From NCBI GenBank assembly GCA_016219275.1, contig JACRBM010000076.1, positions 18,255-50,254 of the forward strand: a DNA stretch of 32,000 nucleotides, read 5' to 3'. The notes under the pieces are model-generated. The model was not told the DNA's origin. It saw only the letters and a program-made list of their open reading frames with translations, and ran no database searches. Position numbers and translations under genes: made by a program. The DNA is from Chloroflexota bacterium (GTDB lineage Bacteria; Chloroflexota; Anaerolineae; UBA4142). The first letter of the stretch is position 1. The number at the start of each line of letters is the position of its first letter. This document shows, in pieces, positions 19,178-26,857 of the stretch.

Positions 19178-19217
19178 GATTCGCCACGCGCCAACGGCGA
19201 ATGTGTAACTTTTCTGG

Positions 19218-20261
19218 TCAAATGACAAGATTGAACAAATAACCGGTCAGGATAATCGCGAGCGCGACCACCCCCACAAACACGACGATCAATTGCGGTT
19301 TGAGCACGCGGCGCAAGATGATCGTTTCTGGCAAACTCAAACCGATCACCGCCATCATAAACGCGAGCGCGGTTCCGAGCGACGCGCCTTTTTCGATGAG
19401 CGCAGAAACAATCGGAATCATGCCCGCCGCGTTGGAATAGAGCGGCACACCAATCAACACCGCGATCGGCACCGACCACCACGCCGATTTTCCCATCACC
19501 TCTGCCAGCGCATCCGTTGGCACGTAACCATGAATCCCCGCGCCGACCGCGATGCCAATCACGACATAGAGCCACACTTTCTTGACGATGTCGCGCACCG
19601 CTTCCCAGGCGCGTGTGATGCGCTCCTCCCAGGTCAGCTTCAGCGAATCGTCTTGCGCCGCGCCGACTTGCATTTGCCAAACGAAATCTTCGACGTAGCG
19701 TTCCAGGTGTAATTGCCCGATGATGATGCCGGCGATAATCGCGATGGTCAGTCCCGAAGCCACATAGAGCGCGGCAATCTTCCAACCGAACAAGCCAAAC
19801 AAAAGCACGAAGGCAACTTCGTTAATGACCGGCGCGGCGATGAGAAACGAAAACGTCACGCCGAGTGGAATGCCGGACTCGACGAAACCAATGAAGAGCG
19901 GGACCGCGCTGCACGAACAGAACGGCGTGACGATGCCCAGCATCGCCGCAAGCACGTTACCAATCCCGACGCGTCTGCCGCCCAATAATCGCCGCGTGCG
20001 TTCCGCGCTGAAAAACGTACGCACGATGGTGATGAGAAAAATCATCGCACTGAGCAGGAGCAGGATTTTCGGCACATCATACAAAAAGAATGCGACCGAT
20101 TCGCCGAGATGCGACCCGCGCGCGAGGCGCAAGACATCGAACGCGAGGAACTCGGTGAAGGGTTGCAGGATCGTGTACGCGATGTACCACACAATCGCCG
20201 CAATCAACAACTTGGAAATGGTCTGGGTTGTCTTGTTCACCGCCCACGGTCCGCTATTCAC
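19218..20261 (-). CDS. Permease of the ArsP/DUF318 (PF03773-like) family
   Basis: TPFCSCSAVPLFIGFVESGIPLGVTFSFLIAAPVINEVAFVLLFGLFGWKIA and a second matching half near SLGTALAFMMAVIGLSLPETIILRRVLK. Confidence 0.85.
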   Translation of the reverse strand: MNSGPWAVNKTTQTISKLLIAAIVWYIAYTILQPFTEFLAFDVLRLARGSHLGESVAFFLYDVPKILLLLSAMIFLITIVRTFFSAERTRRLLGGRRVGIGNVLAAMLGIVTPFCSCSAVPLFIGFVESGIPLGVTFSFLIAAPVINEVAFVLLFGLFGWKIAALYVASGLTIAIIAGIIIGQLHLERYVEDFVWQMQVGAAQDDSLKLTWEERITRAWEAVRDIVKKVWLYVVIGIAVGAGIHGYVPTDALAEVMGKSAWWSVPIAVLIGVPLYSNAAGMIPIVSALIEKGASLGTALAFMMAVIGLSLPETIILRRVLKPQLIVVFVGVVALAIILTGYLFNLVI

Positions 20262-20503
20262 TGGAGCGCCGTTGTGATCATCGTCGTAATTTGCGAGAGC
20301 GCCGGCACGCGCCCGGTCGAAACGACTTTATCGTTAATGACAATTCCCGGCGTGCTCATCACGCCATAACTCATAATCGCTTGCATGTCCGTCACCGTTT
20401 CGATGTTGGCTTGAACGCCTAATTGCGTGACGGCTTGCTTTGCCAACGCTTCCACCTTGTGGCAATTCGCGCATCCCGAACCGAGAACTTTGATGGATAA
20501 CAT
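20258..20503 (-). CDS. Small thioredoxin-family protein
   Basis: MLSIKVLGSGCANCHKVEALAKQAV...YGVMSTPGIVINDKVVSTGRVP; start 20503; 4-nt overlap with the permease. Confidence 0.88.
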   Translation of the reverse strand: MLSIKVLGSGCANCHKVEALAKQAVTQLGVQANIETVTDMQAIMSYGVMSTPGIVINDKVVSTGRVPALSQITTMITTALQ

Positions 20504-20576
20504 TTTTCCTCCTTGATTTTTGTCGAACAAAAAGCGGGACGATTCCATCATCCCGCTTTCAACACGATGATTCTCA

Positions 20577-21014
20577 TTATCGTTTCCCGCCTTTAACATC
20601 TGGCTCGAACGAATCTAGAAATTCGATCACGCGTCGTCGAATGTCCTCGCGCACCGCGCGAAAATCGTCCAGTGTTCCGCGCGCGGGATCGGAAAATCCG
20701 ATGTGTGCGCGCTTGCCCTGCCCCAGCCAGAGCGGACATTCTTCCGCCGCACTGTCGCAAACGGTTATCACCACGTCGAACGCCGCCGCGCGAAATTCTT
20801 CGGTGGATTTGCTTCGCGCGCCGGCAAGGTCTACGCCGATTTCCTGCATCGCCGCAATCGCAAGTGGATGCACACTGCCGATGGGTCGCGTGCCGGCGGA
20901 AACGGCTCGCCATTGCTCACCCCGAAAACGATTGACCAGCGCTTCCGCTATTTGGCTGCGCGCGGAATTTCCGGTACAGAGAAAAAGGACCTGGCGTTTC
21001 ATTTCAACATCCAT
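20577..21014 (-). CDS. arsC: Arsenate reductase, low-MW-phosphatase/thioredoxin-linked type
   Basis: VLFLCTGNSARSQIAEALVN, SAGTRP, VITVCDSAAEECPLW, FSDPA; start possibly 21002. Confidence 0.92.
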   Translation of the reverse strand: MDVEMKRQVLFLCTGNSARSQIAEALVNRFRGEQWRAVSAGTRPIGSVHPLAIAAMQEIGVDLAGARSKSTEEFRAAAFDVVITVCDSAAEECPLWLGQGKRAHIGFSDPARGTLDDFRAVREDIRRRVIEFLDSFEPDVKGGKR

Positions 21015-21035
21015 TGAACTACAATACCTTCGCCC

Positions 21036-21066
21036 AAAACCAGGTTTCTCGCAGAAACCTGGTTTT
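21036..21066. repeat. Intergenic hairpin, GAAACCTGG family, inside a larger inverted repeat
   Basis: aaaaccaggtttct cgc agaaacctggtttt; outer arms caataccttcgcc / ggcgaaggtattg. Confidence 0.8.
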
Positions 21067-21121
21067 TTTCTCGCTCGCCGATAGGATTTGGCGAAGGTAT
21101 TGAACTAGAAGAGCAAAAAAA

Positions 21122-21484
21122 CTATCGGCGTGCCGTACTAGATTTCGCAGAGACCACGCGCGGACCACACATCGGTTGGCGCGCCTGGATGCGTTTGGGA
21201 TCGAGAAACACGCCGAACTGCTCACGCAGTTGTGCGAGCGCCTTTTGGTTCACCGAATAGTAAATCCAGCGCGCATCGGTCGCATCGCGTTCGGCATTTA
21301 CCAAACCGGCATCGCGCAAGACCTTGAGGTGATGTGAGATGAGATTCATCGGCATTTTGAGATTGCCGCCGATTTCGCAATTGCACTGGACGCCTTGCAT
21401 CAACAGATCGAAAATCGCCAACCGCGATGGATCGCCCAGAACCTTCAGTCTATTCGCCAGCACCGTCGTCGCCGTCTTTGTCAT
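21122..21484 (-). CDS. arsR: ArsR-family transcriptional regulator
   Basis: LANRLKVLGDPSRLAIFDLLMQGVQCNCEIGGNLKMPMNLISHHLKVLRDAGLVNAERDATDARWIYYSVN; start 21484. Confidence 0.92.
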   Translation of the reverse strand: MTKTATTVLANRLKVLGDPSRLAIFDLLMQGVQCNCEIGGNLKMPMNLISHHLKVLRDAGLVNAERDATDARWIYYSVNQKALAQLREQFGVFLDPKRIQARQPMCGPRVVSAKSSTARR

Positions 21485-21527
21485 TTGCTTTTCTTTCCAT
21501 GGTTGATAATACTTCAACCTACATTGA

Positions 21528-21556
21528 ATTATATCGGCGTGGACGGGATTTGTCAA
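21528..21556 (-). promoter_or_regulatory. Consensus sigma70-like promoter of the arsR-arsC gene group
   Basis: Minus strand TTGACA (21556-21551), 17-nt spacer, TATAAT (21533-21528). Confidence 0.78.
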
Positions 21557-21700
21557 ATTCACAGGCGTACCCGTTCTTTGACCAGAATGGGACGCTACCG
21601 CGACCCACTGATGCGAGAATGCCGGTCAGGCAACCGATTTTGACTCGTGGCGCGTTTGATGCGAAAATAGGTTGCGTGTTTGAAAGGAAGACTAGACGTA

Positions 21701-22636
21701 ATGAAGCGTTTCTCTTTTCCTCAACTAGTGTCTCTCGGCGCAATCCTCATCGCCTTCCTACTTTCTGCCTGTAGCGCCCCGCCAAGCCGATTGGATTTTC
21801 GTTTCAGCGATGTAGACCCTGCCTCAGCGGTGGCGTACTCGCCCGATGATACCAAACCCCTGCGCGTCGTCGTCGCCGCCGTCATCTCTCCGAAAGGGAA
21901 CGTTGAAAGTTACAGCGACCTGCTGGCGTACCTCGGACGCAAACTCAATCGGCGCGTCCAACTGGTGCAACGCCAAACCTACGCCGAAGCGAACGACCTG
22001 ATCAAAAGCGGCGATGTAGACCTGGGATTTGTCTGCACGAGCGCGTACGTCGTCGGTCAACGGGATTTCGGAATGGAATTGCTCGTCGCGCCCCAGGTCA
22101 ACGGGCAGACGGTGTACTATTCGTTGTTGATCGTTCCCACCGATAGCCCGGCTCGCGCGATGGCAGACATTCGCGGCAAAGTGTTTGCGTTCACCGACCC
22201 GATGTCGCTCACTGGACGTATCTATCCGACCTCGTTGGTGAAATCGCTGGATGGCTCGCCCGAACTATATTTCGCGCGCCTCTTTTTCACCTACAGTCAC
22301 GACAACGCGATCAAAGCCGTTGCCAACAAAGTCGCCGATGGCGCGAGCGTGGATAGTCTGGTGTACGATTATTTCGTCGCCCGTGACGCGACGATTGCCC
22401 AACGTACGCGCGTGATTCATCGTTCGCCGGCTTTTGGCATTCCGCCGGTCGTCGTCAATCCCAATCTCAGCCCTCAGCTGAAAGAAACGCTGCGGGAACT
22501 TTTCCTCCAAACGAGCGCCGACCCAGACGGCCAAACCATCCTGCGGAATTTGATGATCGAACGATTCGTCCAAGTATCCGATCGGATCTATGATTCAGCG
22601 CGCGCGCTCGAATTGCAAGTGAACACGGCGCAATGA
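21701..22636 (+). CDS. PhnD-like phosphate/phosphonate-type periplasmic binding lipoprotein, probable sensor partner
   Basis: Lipobox-like LLSACSAP; LRVVVAAVISPKGNVESYSDLLAYLGRKLNRRVQLVQRQTYAEANDLIKSGDVDLGFVCTSAYV; ATGA overlap with the downstream kinase. Confidence 0.85.
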   Translation: MKRFSFPQLVSLGAILIAFLLSACSAPPSRLDFRFSDVDPASAVAYSPDDTKPLRVVVAAVISPKGNVESYSDLLAYLGRKLNRRVQLVQRQTYAEANDLIKSGDVDLGFVCTSAYVVGQRDFGMELLVAPQVNGQTVYYSLLIVPTDSPARAMADIRGKVFAFTDPMSLTGRIYPTSLVKSLDGSPELYFARLFFTYSHDNAIKAVANKVADGASVDSLVYDYFVARDATIAQRTRVIHRSPAFGIPPVVVNPNLSPQLKETLRELFLQTSADPDGQTILRNLMIERFVQVSDRIYDSARALELQVNTAQ

Positions 22637-24582
22637 AAATTTCAGGGTTCCGATCGGCGATCCGCCATTCGCCATTCGCCATTCGCCATTGGCTACTACG
22701 CCCCAGTATCCGCGCCAAAATTATGGGCATCGTCCTCGCGCTAGTGCTCCTCCTGGGCTTTGGCGTGACCTGGCAAGTGCGCGTCAACATGACGCACGCC
22801 TTGACCGCGCAATTGCAAGAGCGCGGCGTTTCCATCGCGCGCGACCTTGCCGCGCACTCGACCGATTTCATCCTCATCAACAACACCTATGCCCTGCACG
22901 AACTGTTGCAGGATTCAATTCGGAACAATGCCGATCTGCGCTATGCGTTCATCCTCGACGCGAACAATCGCGTCCTCGTCCACTCATTCGTCGCCGGGTT
23001 TCCGCGCGGGCTTGCCGAAAATAATTCCGTTGCGCCGACCGAGCGCGCCCACAGTGTTCTCCTCGAAAGCGACGAAGGGATCATTCACGACATCGCCACG
23101 CCGATTTTCGAGGGACGCGCCGGGATCGCGCGCGTGGGCTTGACCGAGCAAAGCGTTTATCGTGCGGTGGATGATTTGACCGGGAAGATGTTGCTCACGA
23201 CATTTGTCGTCTCTTTGCTCGGCGTCGGCGCGGCATACCTGCTCACGCTCATTCTCACGCGTCCCATTCTCGCGCTCGTCGGCGTCACGCAAGCCGTCGC
23301 GCGCGGCGATCTCTCGCAACGCGTCCCACCCTGGGGCGACGACGAGATCGGGCAACTCGCGACCGCCTTCAATCGCATGACGAGCGAACTCGATCAAACC
23401 CAACGCGCGATGTTGCGGCGCAATCGCGAACTCGCCGCGCTGAACGCGGTGGCGAACGCGGTCAACGCGCCGGCATCGCTTGCCGAGACGCTGGAACATT
23501 CGTTACGCGCCTTGCTCGATACGCTCGATTTGCCGGCGGGCTGGGTTTTCCTGTTGGACGACGACAGCAAGATCCAACTCACAACCTGGCTCGGCTTGCC
23601 GCGCGAAATCGGGCAACGCGAGGTCGCGACGGCATTTCATGGTTGCCCCTGCACGGTCGCGTTGACCGACAAACAATCGGTCGTGATCGCGCCGCTTCCT
23701 GAACGTTGTCCCTTGCATGATGGCAAACTGAGCGACGCGCGCGCTGTTGCGTCGCACGTCACCGTGCCGATTCTCGCGCGTGATCGCGTCCTGGGTGTGT
23801 TAGGCATCGCGAGCGCAGATCCAATGGCGTTTAGCAACGCCGAAGTGAAACTGCTCGAAGCCGTCGGGCAGGAACTTGGCGTCGCGGTCGAAAACGCGCG
23901 CTTGTGGGACGATCTACGCGAGAAAGAACGCGTGCGTGGACAGTTGCTCGAAAAAGTGATCGGCGCGCAGGAAGACGAACGCAAACGCATCGCGCGCGAA
24001 CTGCACGACGATACCGGGCAAGCGATCACCTCGTTGATGCTCGGCTTGCGTGCCGCGAGCGATACGAGTGAATTCGCGACGCGCGCGCGCCTCGATGCGA
24101 TGCGCGAGATTGCCGCGCAGACACTCGAATCGGTCAAGCGCATGGCGCGCGAACTGCGCCCCGCGCTGCTCGACGACCTGGGTCTTGCCGCCGCGCTCGA
24201 ACGTTACGTCGCGGGGTATCGCGCGAATTTTGGATTGAACGCGGATTTGCAAATGACCGGCTTTAACAACGGTCGTCTGTCCTCGGAAACGGAACTCGCA
24301 CTGTATCGCATCGTGCAAGAAGCGTTGACGAACATCGCGAAACACGCGCACGCGAAAAATGTCAGCATCGTCGTCGAGCGCAAGTCAAGCGCGGTCGTCG
24401 CCGTGGTTGAAGATGACGGACGCGGTTTCGATGTACGTGCGATTCTCGAATCGGCGCAAGAAGAAAGCAAACTGGGTTTGCACGGCATGCGCGAACGCGC
24501 GGAATTGGTTGGCGGACGCTTGCAGATCGAGTCGGCGATGGGCGCGGGGAGTAGTGTGTTTGTGGAAATTCCGATTGACTGA
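22633..24582 (+). CDS. Membrane sensor histidine kinase (HAMP, GAF-like, NarX/HisKA_3 type)
   Basis: Two TM segments around an extracytoplasmic region, HAMP, EDERKRIARELHDDTGQAITSLMLGL H-box, VVEDDGRGFD and LGLHGMRERAELVGG ATPase motifs. Confidence 0.93.
   Translation: MKISGFRSAIRHSPFAIRHWLLRPSIRAKIMGIVLALVLLLGFGVTWQVRVNMTHALTAQLQERGVSIARDLAAHSTDFILINNTYALHELLQDSIRNNADLRYAFILDANNRVLVHSFVAGFPRGLAENNSVAPTERAHSVLLESDEGIIHDIATPIFEGRAGIARVGLTEQSVYRAVDDLTGKMLLTTFVVSLLGVGAAYLLTLILTRPILALVGVTQAVARGDLSQRVPPWGDDEIGQLATAFNRMTSELDQTQRAMLRRNRELAALNAVANAVNAPASLAETLEHSLRALLDTLDLPAGWVFLLDDDSKIQLTTWLGLPREIGQREVATAFHGCPCTVALTDKQSVVIAPLPERCPLHDGKLSDARAVASHVTVPILARDRVLGVLGIASADPMAFSNAEVKLLEAVGQELGVAVENARLWDDLREKERVRGQLLEKVIGAQEDERKRIARELHDDTGQAITSLMLGLRAASDTSEFATRARLDAMREIAAQTLESVKRMARELRPALLDDLGLAAALERYVAGYRANFGLNADLQMTGFNNGRLSSETELALYRIVQEALTNIAKHAHAKNVSIVVERKSSAVVAVVEDDGRGFDVRAILESAQEESKLGLHGMRERAELVGGRLQIESAMGAGSSVFVEIPID
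22663..22690. repeat. Heptanucleotide tandem repeat (CGCCATT)x4
   Basis: cgccattcgccattcgccattcgccatt near the 5' end of the kinase gene. Confidence 0.9.
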
Positions 24583-24653
24583 TCAGTTGCCAAGCCCAAG
24601 CGAATGTGATAGACTTGGCGCAATCAAGTTTGCGCTCACAGGTTGAGACACCC

Positions 24654-24908
24654 ATGAAAACAATCCAGTTCTCAAAACACGCACTGGAACAAATGGCAGA
24701 GCGTGGCACTGACGAAGCTAAAGTGACCGAGACCATTCGAACTGGAGAAACTGTGCCGGCGAAAAAGGGACGACAAGGATTCCGCAAGAATTTTCAATAC
24801 GATCACCGATGGGGTGGGCGTACGTACGCTATCCAACAAATCGTGGCAATCGTTGCTGAAGAAGTGGATGCACTGATTGTTGTCACCGTCTACACGTTTT
24901 ATTTCTAA
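24654..24908 (+). CDS. DUF4258-like small protein
   Basis: MKTIQFSKHALEQMAERGTDEAKVTETIRTGETVPAKKGRQGFRKNF...YAIQQIVAIVAEEVDALIVVTVYTFYF. Confidence 0.75.
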   Translation: MKTIQFSKHALEQMAERGTDEAKVTETIRTGETVPAKKGRQGFRKNFQYDHRWGGRTYAIQQIVAIVAEEVDALIVVTVYTFYF

Positions 24909-24920
24909 CAGGAGCGCGTG

Positions 24921-25142
24921 ATGAAAATTTCATACGATTCTCAAGTTGACGCTGTGTATATCCGATTCATCGAGGAATCCGCGCAAGTGACGACGCAACG
25001 ACTCTCGGAAGATGTAGCGATCAATTATGCACCGGATGGGCGCATTGTCGGTATTGAAATTTTGGATGCGTCGCAGCATGTGTTTACATCAGGCGCAGAG
25101 CGCCAAGTGGTCATTCAGAATTTGACCGCTGTTCCCGCGTAA
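24921..25142 (+). CDS. DUF2283-like small protein
   Basis: MKISYDSQVDAVYIRFIEESAQVTTQRLSEDVAINYAPDGRIVGIEILDASQHV. Confidence 0.85.
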   Translation: MKISYDSQVDAVYIRFIEESAQVTTQRLSEDVAINYAPDGRIVGIEILDASQHVFTSGAERQVVIQNLTAVPA

Positions 25143-25161
25143 CTCTTCCAGCCTGCTTGTG

Positions 25162-25806
25162 ATGACCAAGACTCGCATCCTCCTTGCCGACGATCACGCG
25201 GTTTTGCGTTCCGGTTTGAAAATGCTGTTGAACGCGCAAGACGACATGCTCGTTGTCGGCGAAGCGACCAATGGCTTGGAGGCGCTCGCGGCAGTGCGCG
25301 AACATGTGCCCGATCTGCTCATCCTCGACATCACCATGCCCAAGACCGATGGCTTGCAGATTCTGAGTCAGGTCAAACGCGCCCAACCAAACGTGCGCGT
25401 GCTCATTCTGACGATGCATGAGGAAGAAGGGTACTTGCGCCGCGCGCTCGAAGCCGGCGCGGCGGGCTATTGTCCCAAAAGCGCGGCGGACGCGGAATTG
25501 ATTTCCGCGATTCGCGCGGTGATGCGCGGCAACGTCTACATTCATCCCTCGCACGCGAAAATCTTGATTGACAAGATGATCCCTTCTAACGCGCCGAGCA
25601 CGTCTACTGCCGAACTGAGCGAACGCGAACGCGCGGTCTTGAAACTCGTCGCGCTCGGACACACCAATCAAGACATCGCGCAACAATTGTCGCTCAGCGT
25701 CAAGACCGTCGAGAGTTATCGCGCGCGCGGCATGGAAAAACTGGGATTGACGAGCCGCGCCGCGCTCGTGCGGTACGCGATTCAAGAAGGGTGGATGGTT
25801 GAATAG
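25162..25806 (+). CDS. NarL/FixJ-family response regulator
   Basis: ILLADDHAVLRSGLKMLL, LLILDITMPKTDGLQIL, LSERERAVLKLVALGHTNQDIAQQLSLSVKTVESYRARGMEKLGL; possible GTG start 25159. Confidence 0.93.
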   Translation: MTKTRILLADDHAVLRSGLKMLLNAQDDMLVVGEATNGLEALAAVREHVPDLLILDITMPKTDGLQILSQVKRAQPNVRVLILTMHEEEGYLRRALEAGAAGYCPKSAADAELISAIRAVMRGNVYIHPSHAKILIDKMIPSNAPSTSTAELSERERAVLKLVALGHTNQDIAQQLSLSVKTVESYRARGMEKLGLTSRAALVRYAIQEGWMVE

Positions 25807-25813
25807 TTCGATA

Positions 25814-25871
25814 GTTTGATCGTGCAATAGTGCGATCGTTGTCAAACTGTCGCACTATTGCACAATCAAAC
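25814..25871. repeat. Large intergenic hairpin
   Basis: gtttgatcgtgcaatagtgcga (25814-25835) vs tcgcactattgcacaatcaaac (25850-25871), one mismatch. Confidence 0.75.
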
Positions 25872-25994
25872 CGGAAAACTACTGCAAGGTTTTCCCCGCC
25901 ACATTCCACGAAACGCGAGGGATTTCCCTCGCATTGTGTCGAGCATCACAGGATTTCCCTGCTACAATCCATTATTCATTCACGTTAGAATCAG

Positions 25995-26035
25995 ACCAGA
26001 GAGCAACAAAGATGTCTCTCTGGTTTTTTATTTTT
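25995..26035 (+). terminator. Terminator-like hairpin in the leader of the reductase operon, candidate attenuator
   Basis: ACCAGAGAG (25995-26003) / CTCTCTGGT (26016-26024) then TTTTTATTTTT; RBS AAGGAGG directly downstream, ATG at 26049. Confidence 0.7.
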
Positions 26036-26048
26036 CAAGGAGGTAAGG

Positions 26049-26840
26049 ATGCCTGTCACGACACAAGAACTCGTCCAATTCGTCGTCAGCAGCGCGCCGG
26101 TCGGAATGCCCGAAGATCCGCTTCTCAGAATGCAAGAGGATTTGAAGCGCGCGTTAAAGAAAGACGTCAAAGCGCGCCGTTGGGCGATGGTGCTCGATCT
26201 ACGCAAATGCGTCGGTTGTTCATCCTGCACGATTGCGTGCATCGTCGAAAACAAACTGCCGCCCGGCGTGGTGTACCGCCCGGTGCTGGAAGAAGAAATC
26301 GGCACGTATCCGAACGTGACGCGCCGCTTTGTGCCGCGTCCGTGCATGCAGTGCGACAATCCCCCGTGCGTGAACGTGTGCCCGGTCAACGCGACGTTCA
26401 AACGCGCGGATGGTATCATCGAAGTCAATTACGATCAATGCATCGGTTGCCGGTACTGCGTGACCGCGTGTCCGTATGGCGCGCGCACATTTGACTTTGG
26501 CGAAAAGTACACGAACCGCGCGCCAACCCAGGAAGGAATCATCGTCGGACGCGCACGCGTCGAGCCGTACGAAACGGCTGCCAGTTACGAGTATGGTCGC
26601 GTATGGGAACGCAAGGGGCAGGACTCACCGATTGGCAACGTCCGCAAGTGTCACTTTTGTCTTCATCGTTTGAACGCCGGAATGTTACCCGCCTGCGTGA
26701 CGACGTGCATTGGGCGCGCCACGTACTTTGGCGATGCCAATGACCCGGACGCGCTCATCAGTAGTTTGATTGGCTCGGCGAACGTCACGCGATTGAAAGA
26801 AGAACTCGGCACACAACCCAAAGTGCACTATTTGCTCTAG
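26049..26840 (+). CDS. 4Fe-4S ferredoxin-like electron-transfer subunit (TtrB/PsrB/NrfC-like)
   Basis: [76 protein letters not shown]. Confidence 0.93.
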   Translation: MPVTTQELVQFVVSSAPVGMPEDPLLRMQEDLKRALKKDVKARRWAMVLDLRKCVGCSSCTIACIVENKLPPGVVYRPVLEEEIGTYPNVTRRFVPRPCMQCDNPPCVNVCPVNATFKRADGIIEVNYDQCIGCRYCVTACPYGARTFDFGEKYTNRAPTQEGIIVGRARVEPYETAASYEYGRVWERKGQDSPIGNVRKCHFCLHRLNAGMLPACVTTCIGRATYFGDANDPDALISSLIGSANVTRLKEELGTQPKVHYLL

Positions 26841-26857
26841 TCAAGGGGAGAACCAAC

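Noticed and set aside
22663-22690. CRISPR array possibility for the short tandem repeats
   Set aside because: Units are 7 bp, contiguous and without spacers; no CRISPR array or cas gene was seen in the window.
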